This document shows positions 54,687 to 64,000 of a stretch of 64,000 nucleotides of DNA, piece by piece. The DNA comes from a virus (taxonomy: Duplodnaviria > Caudoviricetes): IMG/VR virus record IMGVR_UViG_3300031555_002578; one strand, 5' to 3'. A program made the translations under genes and the position numbers. Below the pieces are notes generated by a model. It did no database searches, was not told the DNA's origin, and saw only the letters and a list, made by a program, of their open reading frames with translations. The number at the start of each line of letters is the position of its first letter. Positions within the stretch are counted from its first letter, which is position 1.

Positions 54687-56512
54687 AATTCCATCCATCT
54701 TTACTCCAGAAAATACTTCCTGTATTATTATATCTCAATTCAATTCCTCTGTCAGAAAAATAACTTTCTAATACTTTATAAAAACTTTCATTTACATTGA
54801 TAATTGAACTTTTAATAAATAAATCGTTAGATGGTACAATTTCACAACTCGGATTCTTTTCTCTTGCGTTAATATGTATTTTAAAACTACAATTCAAATT
54901 CTTTAATGTTTGGTTAAATTCTTCTACCATTGATTCTGTTATCTTCACTTATACCACTTCCAATCAACTTTTTCTATGTGTTTCACAATATTCAGAAATT
55001 GCAATACCACATCTGATTTGTGCATTTGACAGTGCTTGTTTTGCTTTTTTAACATCGTCTTCTAATCTGTATAGGTCATACTTTAACATAAAATAATCTT
55101 CAATATATGTACTACCAAACAAAGAATACATATATTCTAAATATCGTTCCATTGCATCTGCTTTCAAATCATTGCATCTATGCCATTTATGTAATGAATA
55201 ATTGGAAAAAGCAAATTCAAAATTTTTTCCATAAACCTCAATCAACTCTGGTGTTGACAAAATCATTTCTACATCTGATTTATTAAAACATAAATCAACA
55301 ATATGTAAAATCTGTTCCACTGTCAATTTCCTAATATATTTATTCCAAAAGTTTTCTGGTATATCTTTATAGCCACTATATTCCATTTAATCACCTTTTT
55401 CATTTTCCAACTTAGCAATAAATCCTTCTAATGTAGACAACGCAGAAATATAACCAGTATAATAATCTGTATTCGTACTACTTTGATTCTTTTTTAATTT
55501 TCCAATTTCTTTTTTTAATTCCATTGCAAACTTTTTGATTTCTTCATCTACAATAGCAGAAATTGCAAAATCTAAACTCTTATTGTTCTCCATAAATCTT
55601 CCCATTATATATCACTTCCACTCTATACTTATTGATTTGTCTTCTAAAATAATCAATTATATCCTGCTCTGTGCAAAATTCCAAAGGAAATGAGAACCAA
55701 AACCCATTCCATTGATTAGTCGTTCTCTGCATACCATCTACACAATTAACTCTCTTTCGGTATCCATTATCCTTCTCAATAAAATATGCCACATCATATT
55801 TATCCAACTTCATATAATCACTTTCTTTCTAATACTACAGTATTACTTATTATAATTTTTTATCCAATCAATAAAAATCCATTCTCCAAACTCCACTTAG
55901 TAGCCTGTTTCGTATATTCCATCAAATATTTATCCAGTGCAGGATAACCATTCTCAGATTCAATAGCATCAATGTACTTCTCTACACCATCAAAAATATA
56001 CATTACATAATAATCCGCATCTTCTCTATCTTCAAAATTTGTTGTATATATAGTAGGGTCTACTACCGTATTATTTTCATCTAAGATAAAACAATGTCTT
56101 GCAAGTAAATTATGAATTGAAGAAATATAACCATATGCAATTTTCCACTTACCACTTTTCACATTTTCCATGTGATTACATACTGCACGAAATACATTGA
56201 TATAACATTCCTTCATTTGATAAGCATTTTTGTCTTTATTATAAACATATTTACTTGCTTCTGCATTAAGTTTATATTTCTCCATCATAATTATTTCTCC
56301 TTATTTACCCACATTTCAAACATCAGAAGTCCTTTTGTGTCTGTTCTTACTCGTACACATCTAATATTTGTGTATCCACATTTCCTTGCTCTTTCAAATG
56401 CAGTATCAATAACAGTTTCTTTATTCTTTTCTTCTGCATAAAAGGTATCAAACAATCTAAGACCTTCTGCGATAAATCTTTCATATTGTTTCATTAAAAC
56501 ACTTCCTTCCAA
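54685..56512 (-). CDS. Six small hypothetical genes
   Basis: Packed ORFs with RBSs. Confidence 0.65.
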
Positions 56513-56820
56513 CCATTCCTACGAATGATTCTTCTCATATTTTCCACACCTACAGGATTCATAGAGTGGATACGGATAGGGTAATTACGACCAGTTTCTT
56601 CTAACCAATCCAGAATACGAATGTAATCTCCCCCATACATATAGTAATCACCAGAATCATGGTCTAAGTCTATCAATTCAATAGGGTCAATATCTTCAAT
56701 ATCTCCAAATTCTTTAATCTCATATTCTCTTAACTGAATTTCTTTTATTACTCTGGAAACACTATGACACCATTTATATCCTTCTGGTGCAGGTCTTTCA
56801 TCATCTACCCAAAGTTTCAT
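56494..56820 (-). CDS. Cyclic-phosphate-processing receiver-like domain protein
   Basis: LWVDDERPAP, IDLDHD.G, IHSMNPVG motifs. Confidence 0.7.
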   Translation of the reverse strand: MKLWVDDERPAPEGYKWCHSVSRVIKEIQLREYEIKEFGDIEDIDPIELIDLDHDSGDYYMYGGDYIRILDWLEETGRNYPIRIHSMNPVGVENMRRIIRRNGWKEVF

Positions 56821-59051
56821 TATTTCACCTTCTCACACATTTCATCTGCGATTTCCATACAAATTTCTCTTGCTTTATCCCAAGTCATCCATTCAACTTT
56901 CAGTTTTTCATATTCCTTCTCTAATTCTTCTGCTTTTCTACACATTCTTCTGTATTCTGCATAAGAAATAGTTTCTTTTTCATTTGCTAATTTTTCTTGT
57001 AACTGATTAAATTCATGCCAAACTTCATTTCTTCTTTTAGAACATTCTACATAAGCATCAGACATAGCCTGTCTAACTCTTGTATTGTATCTGTTTAAAT
57101 CCATCAAATCACCCACTTGATTAACTTCTTCTTTTAAGCCATTTTACTGTTTCTTTACTAATTTCTCCAAACATTTTATTTGCTTCTTTATTTGGTACAG
57201 ATTTAGAATAATCAACAGACAAAGAAACATCATTTGTAAACACATTATTAAACAGATATACAATATGAAAATTTGTGTATTCATATTTATCTTCAAATGT
57301 TACAAAGAATCCTTTTGCACCATATTCATCAGAATAAATTTCTGTAATATCACTTTCTTTACAGCCAAACCAATCCATAACCTGTTCAATATATCTATCC
57401 ATATTACCCCTCATTTCCTACTATAAAACTATGATTTTATCAGTACCATTATCTCTCTACTTTTCTTACTTCAAAGCAAACACCATTTACAAATCCTCTA
57501 TCCATTTCAAATCTGTCTGGGAAGATAAAACCAATCTCCATATCAATAAAACTTTCTTCTTCTGTTTCATAGATATTTTCACCTTCACCAACGTACAGGA
57601 TTTCAATTTCTTCTTTATCGTGATGGTATGTTTGCACTTTTACATTGCCCTGAATTTCAACACCCTGTTCCAGTAAATCTCTCATTGTAATCATATAATC
57701 ACCTCTTAGAATACAACTGCAACTTTCATTTCCTGTGTATCTACAATAATATCTTTTACATCATTATTGATATATTTGCCTACCATCTTAGAAACCTCAT
57801 TATCTTCCATTTCATGTTCATCCTTTGCAGAATAGAACCATTCTGTACCTGTAAATTCAATATCAAAGAAACCATTACTTGCTTCTCTAACAATATCTCT
57901 ATATTCTTCCCAAGTAAAAACCATTACATTATAAACTGTTTTCAACATATTAAAACTCCTTTATTCTAACTAAATTATACTCCTTAAAAAGATTATCCCA
58001 TATAATTGAGTATGTAAAATCATGAATCCTTTCTACTACTTCTTTACTGTTCTTATTGACTTGAACATCAATATCGTTTTCTGCATACATTAGACTAATA
58101 TCATCAATAGCCATTGTAGTTGCAACTTTCTTCCATTTATTAGGAAGTTCTTCAAATTTCATTCAATCACCACCAAGTAAATCTTTCATTGCATCCATTC
58201 TACATTTTTCCACAAATGCAATTTGTTTTCTCAGTTCATTTATTTCCTCTATACCTTCTGTATCAAATCTATTCAATGTCTTCTTTCTTTCTTCAATTTT
58301 CTTTTCAAGTTTTTCAATAAGAATTTCAAGACAGAGAATTGCTTCATATTTTTCCTCATAATCATCTTCATCAATATCATATGTAGGAATATTATTTTCT
58401 ATTGGTTTAAATGGGATTACTACACCCATGCTATCACTCCTTCATAACTGCAATAATCTTGCTATTGTTTACGAGTCTAAGTTCCACCATATCATTTACA
58501 TATGCTCTCATAAAAGATTCAATTAGCATAGACTGGCTAACATCTTTTTCTTTACATTTTGCTTTGAACACTTCTAATGTTTCAACATCAATAGTTGCAG
58601 AATATGTTTTCTTTGCCATAATTATCTCTCCTTAATCTTTCTTTCTCCAATAGTTGCCGATACATCCATCTGTGCTATCCCATGTATCATATACTTTACA
58701 TTTTACCACAGCAACAATATGATTACCACCAATATTTGCTACATAATTTTCATCATATCTGGCTCTTTCACAAAACTCTTTTCCAGTATACTTTGTGTTG
58801 TTTGCTTTTCTAGGCTGTTTGTGTTTCTCCCAACCTTTAGATTCCAGATATTTCTCTACACACTTTTTGTCTGTGTATTCATATCCTGTTTTAATAGAAA
58901 TCTCAAACATTTCCTTTAACACTTTTTCGTAAGGCTCATTTAATGCTGTGCAAATTGCTCTTACAACACAATCACAAGTAAGTTTACCTTTTGGATTAGC
59001 ATTATAATAATGAAATGTTTTTGTGTCTGGATATTTTTCATGTCTTTTCAT
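56820..59051 (-). CDS. Eight small early-type genes; 58434-58619 is ribbon-helix-helix-like
   Basis: TYSATID..FKAKC..SQSMLIESFM RHH pattern; operon follows the promoter at 59101-59129. Confidence 0.65.
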
Positions 59052-59100
59052 ATTGTCACTCCTATCGTTTTGTCATATAACACTTCCTTTATCTACTATT

Positions 59101-59129
59101 ATTATATCACAAAGCAATAAGTTTGTCAA
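59101..59129 (-). promoter_or_regulatory. Consensus sigma-A (early) promoter
   Basis: TTGACA-17-TATAAT with TGn. Confidence 0.88.
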
Positions 59130-59168
59130 TCACTTTTTATAAGATTTATAATCTTATTTTTACGATAT

Positions 59169-59198
59169 ATAGCCACTAGATAATAACCTAGTGGCTAT
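59169..59198 (-). terminator. Terminator-like hairpin
   Basis: ATAGCCACTAG/CTAGTGGCTAT 11-bp stem. Confidence 0.7.
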
Positions 59199-59204
59199 TA
59201 TATT

Positions 59205-61909
59205 TTATCGTTTATCATATTTACCATTCACCATATTTCTTCCAACCTGTTTATCGGATAGATTATTATTTACTTTATCGTTTAGCATCTTGATACTATC
59301 TGTCTTTGTATAATCATAATTATCAATTCTATGTTCTAAAATACCACTTGCAAATTTATAATAGATAATAAATCCAATAACCAAAAATACAGTTGCGATA
59401 CCTTCCATAACAACACCTCACCTAATCATAATCCAGTTTTCATGTTTGCTTTCTTCAAACAATTCTCTTGCCTTTTCCATAAAAGCCTGTACTCCAATAC
59501 CATAATCTTCCAGTTTCATATTAATGATTTCTTTTACAGTATCAGTATCCATTTTTTTTGTCTGAATAGAAGGACTACGGTTTCCGTCCTCGTTTCTCCA
59601 ACCTACAACTTCCATACCAATTTTCATAACCGATAAACCTTTTCTTCCATACATATTATTCATATCAATATGAACGGATTTACCACGATGTTTAACAACA
59701 AGACTTCCACCAAGTACCTTTCCGTCATGAGCAATGTATGTTTCACCAATTAAAGGTCTATATAAATCGTATGCACCATTCATCATATACATATAAGCAT
59801 AGACTGCACCAACATTAGAAAGCGAACCATCCAACTGTCTATGCTTTTCATATTCTTTCCCGTCCCAACAAACTAAAGGAATATCACCATAGTTACACGC
59901 AACAATATCATGTTTTTCTTCATTCCAACTGGTATAATATTTGTCAAATAGTTCTTCTCTTGTCATTCTCATAATTATTCTCCTTATTCAAAAGTAACTT
60001 CATTTTTCAGAAAGTCTACATAATAATCTGCTTCATTTTCACAACCTTTTACAGAACAGCATCCAGAACCATCTGAAACTCTATCATCAAGAATATTTTT
60101 AAATTTATTAAAACATTCTTGACACATACCACCCCAATAGTCCCCATATTCTTCTGTTTTAGTCCAGTCATCAAATACAATACTCACACCATTATGTGCT
60201 ACGAATTTCATATTTTTTCTCATTTGCCTTTCACTTCCTTCACACAAGCACTTTCATAACCTCTGCCAAATTCACGATAGATTCTATAATGAACATCCAG
60301 TACATTATTTTCTTCCACCTGACCAACAGCCATTGTGCCATCTAAAAAAGTAACTACATACATAAATTTTTTCATATTAACACTTCCTATCAATATATGC
60401 TGTCATTTCTGCCTGAATTGGTGTAACTTCTAATCCATTGGCAAGACCATTCAATCTACATTCCTCAAGGTCTACTACAATATTAAGGTAATAATCATTA
60501 TCTGCTAAAACATTTTCATACAAACTTGCATCAACTTTCATATGAATATGATTTGTATAAAGAAAACACTCACCAAATTCTACATCTTCAATTTTTCTTG
60601 CTGTTTCATACTGTTTATTAATCTTCATTTATTTCACCTCTCAACATCTTTCTGGATACAGTTTACAAAATGCATCAATCATAAATTTTGTGATACCTAC
60701 TGCACGATAAAGTTGATAAAGTTTTTCTTTATCTTCTTCCCAATAAGTTCCATCTAAATCTTCCCACATTACAATACCATCATATAATGTCATTGCCTGT
60801 GCTTCATTAAAACATCCATGTTTAACGCAGTAATCAAGAAAATCACTAAATCCATCATTGATAATAATGTCAATACATTCTGTTTTATCTTCTACTTTTA
60901 ATTTTTGTACTAAGTGCATCACTCTATCAAAACAAGTATATTTACAATCCATAATTTCACCTCAATTTTCATCAATATATTTTTGAATTACTTTTTCTGC
61001 ATCTTTCATAGATACAACTTCTGTAATACTATTACTATCACGAATACCATTTGTTTCAAACAAACATTCTGCAATAATCTGGTTCATATCTTCTCCGTAA
61101 ATTTCTTCTAAAGATTCTGTTGTATAATCATAAAAATAAATCGTACAATCAATATCTTCTTTATCATATGTTTCCAAGTCAATCCAATCTGTGCAAACAA
61201 CATAATTATCGGATTCATCTTCTCTGTTCTCTGCTTTTGGGTCATAACCACAAGTGTCAAACCAAATTGCTTCAACAAACTGATAGTTATTTTCATCTAT
61301 CTTTTTACAATACTGCATATCATCAGTAGCAAACCATCCATTTCTTTCTACTACCATAAATCCACCTCAACTTATAAATACTTTTTCAAAATTCTTTCAA
61401 TCTTATTTGCAAATTCAGCACTTGTTAATGTTGGAGTGCCACACAATACGTTCATAACAATTTCAATTTCTTTCTGCGTAAGTTTTTCATCCATAATTTA
61501 TACCTTTCAAATATCAGTTTTATCAGTATCTTAACTCAACAAAACATCCTGTTTTCTTAGCATAGTTACTAAGATTATCCCAAAACTTTTGACTGTTCAT
61601 TATCCCATTAAATTCTTTGCTTGTAAATGTAACTCCATTTACAACTCCATTGATTATTTTTACAGGTGCAAAACAACTTCCACTACTTGCAAAAAGTTTA
61701 CTCATACAATTCACTCCTTACATACATAGCAAACCTGCGATATGATTACAATGTTCTTCCATTTCATGCACAAGACTATAATGTTCATCTTTATAAATAT
61801 CTGTTTCACAGAAATCCATAAAGTTCATATAACCTGTTTTCTTACAAAGTTTAAAATAATCAATCATCAAATCCATGATATATTTTTTATCTTTATCCAT
61901 TTTTGCCAT
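59205..61909 (-). CDS. Eight or more small early-type hypothetical genes
   Basis: Packed ORFs with strong RBSs downstream of the promoter at 61942-61970. Confidence 0.65.
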
Positions 61910-61941
61910 TGTATCAACTCCTTTATTTCTTTTACATCTTA

Positions 61942-61970
61942 ATTATATCATATATAACTGATACTGTCAA
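61942..61970 (-). promoter_or_regulatory. Consensus sigma-A (early) promoter
   Basis: TTGACA-17-TATAAT with TGn and A-rich upstream element. Confidence 0.88.
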
Positions 61971-62022
61971 TAACTTTTCCTTAATTTTTTAAGATTTTTC
62001 TTAATTTATTTTCCAAAAAAAA

Positions 62023-62659
62023 TTATACCTTTTCAGTAACCCCTACTGGCATAAGTCTAAGCCAAGTTACGTTTCCTTTAATAAGGTTTTTTACAAAGTC
62101 AATACAAATTCTTTCCGTATCATCACGAATAATATCTACTCCAATACTATTATCATACAGACACCAATCTTTTGTATTAGGACACCTCCATATAGTAAAT
62201 CTATTTTCATAATAACAACTAATAGCATCGTCAATCCATTCCTGTGCAAGTTCGTCAGTTCTTGCATCATCATCACGATACTCCAACATCATATTATTCA
62301 GATTTAGTGTAGCAATTACTTTTCCTTCTTCATTATCATCATCAGTCAAATATCCATCAAAGTACATGATATTATTACTATCCACAAAATCATTTCTAAT
62401 TTCAGACCACTTACTCATTCATTTCACCATCCATTATCATAATTCCAATACTAATTACAATGTGTTCAACATACCCACGAATAGGATAGCCAAACATCTT
62501 ATTAAAACTTTCCACATTATGATTATATTTTCTTACTTCATATTCTGTTTCGCATACACAAGTAGGCACTTTGCCTTTATGTATTCTTTTATATCGTTCC
62601 AATACCTTTTCTGCATAAGTTTCACAATTATTTAATTCCTGCCAAGAAATATCTCTCAT
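62023..62659 (-). CDS. Two hypothetical genes (62023-62418, 62411-62659)
   Basis: Coupled ORFs. Confidence 0.65.
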
Positions 62660-63018
62660 TATACTACCTCTTTATAGAAAAATTCTTCATATGTCATACC
62701 AGTATAATTAAGTAACTTATCAATAGTAGTCTTGCTTGGGTTTTGTTCTCCATAAAGAACTTTGTGCAGAGAATTATGATAAAGACCAGTTTCTTTACAC
62801 ATTCTTCTAAGAGAAATCTTGTTTTCCTTCATAAACTTATTTACATTAGGATAAATATAACAAAACTCCCATTTCTTATGCCTTGCTCTTTTAGAAGAAG
62901 ATGGAAACAACGCATGGATTCTCTGTCTGGAAACACCAAATCGTTCTCCTACTTCTTTGTATGTACTACCATTGTCAAGCATTTCTTTCGCAATTCTTTT
63001 CTGTTCATTCGTCAACAT
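62659..63018 (-). CDS. Double HTH DNA-binding protein (sigma region 4-like plus XRE-like)
   Basis: GSTYKEVGERFGVSRQRI and ISLRRMCKETGL..NPS..TIDKL. Confidence 0.75.
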   Translation of the reverse strand: MLTNEQKRIAKEMLDNGSTYKEVGERFGVSRQRIHALFPSSSKRARHKKWEFCYIYPNVNKFMKENKISLRRMCKETGLYHNSLHKVLYGEQNPSKTTIDKLLNYTGMTYEEFFYKEVV

Positions 63019-63022
63019 TTAA

Positions 63023-63990
63023 TCACCCTCTATAACTTTCAGAAACTTCTTCATCTTTATTGTAATAATTAGCCTTGTTTAATTTCTTTTCATATTTAGT
63101 TGTTCTCATAGGAAGAACATAACCATAACCAACGCTAGATTCAATTCTCATTGGAGAAAATTCTCTATCTTCATCAATAGTAATTGTAAAATCATTGCCA
63201 TCATCCAGAATAGAAACAACTTTATCAATTAAACAAATTTTAAATACATGATTTTTGTATAGCAAACGGGGTTCGTCACCTTTTTTATTCATACCATGAT
63301 TCGTGTAACCATAATCTTTTGCCCACTTAAACATTTTTTTAAAGTTTGTTTTAATCTTCTTTGTACCTCTGGAATTAAAAAATGCAATACTTGTTTCAAC
63401 ATTAAACTTTTCTACATCAAAAAATTTGTTTTCGTCACCACTATAATATTCAATTTCACCAATATCTTCTTTTGTCATTACGATTGTATAGCCATCTACA
63501 AAAGCATTGTATTCTCCAATTTTCTTTGGTTTCCTCATTTCTTCTTTGCAACTATAATGCCAATCAAAATATCTTTTCATTCCTGCATATCTGTTTCTCT
63601 TGCTCATTCATCTTCACCCCAGTTACTATACTTAACTGCTTTTTTCTTTTTCTTAGTCCATTTATCAAAATCAACATTGATTTTATATTTTGTGCAAATT
63701 TCACGCATAAGATAAATGCTTTCTTCATCTATATCGGCAGTAGTTAAATTTTTTTCTACATCAATAACTGCACTAATCATCATAGAAGTTTTAAGGCTAA
63801 TATCATAACCAAATAAAGTATTTAACCAAGCATAATCATCTGCTTCATGAAAACTATATCCTTCATCTTTAACCTTTTTATGGAATACAAAGAAATCATC
63901 TTCATATTCAGTAAAATCATCGTCAATACAACCACAGAACCAAAGTCTAATTTCTTCTTTTAACTCTGCTGTTACTGGATACTCACCCAT
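63023..63990 (-). CDS. Two hypothetical genes (63023-63607, 63604-63990)
   Basis: Coupled ORFs; 63023-63607 has SPM...GYVLPM near its C-terminus, weakly like sliding-clamp C-termini. Confidence 0.65.
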
Positions 63991-64000
63991 ATAAATGTAT

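Overview
AT-rich 64 kb segment of a large tailed phage (or prophage) of a Firmicutes host, probably Clostridia. Almost all genes are on the minus strand. From left to right: (1) an SPbeta-like replication module with DNA ligase 5' end, ERCC4 nuclease, DnaE-type polymerase, RecJ-like exonuclease, primase, DnaB-like helicase, Sak4-like ATPase and SSB-like protein; (2) an accessory block with an ABC transporter, OmpA-fused binding protein, PspA-like protein, LemA, HD hydrolase, Thg1, PNKP-RNA ligase, GroEL/GroES, a nucleotidyltransferase and a sigma-like/DUF262 fusion; (3) a 4.7 kb RNA cluster (42.35-47.08 kb) behind a consensus sigma-A promoter; (4) a MazF-like/XRE divergent pair; (5) many small early-type genes including Tpt1/KptA and a tyrosine recombinase. 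Three observations stand out. (a) No minus-strand protein contains Pro-Gly or Gly-Pro, which would force CCNGG or GGNCC. The conserved RPG motif of DnaE is instead broken by one extra base (CCG-T-GGC), suggesting +1 recoding used to avoid a restriction site. (b) The RNA cluster holds four canonical tRNAs and eight tRNA-like units with remodelled anticodon arms; several spacers and inserts read as antisense to Shine-Dalgarno + AUG and are followed by hairpins, suggesting a tRNA-punctuated sRNA array. (c) A coiled-coil protein gene has 7-nt repeats over its own RBS and is followed by a ~460-nt RNA closed by a 17-bp helix that carries ~11 similar heptamers. All calls come from manual reading; no searches were run.
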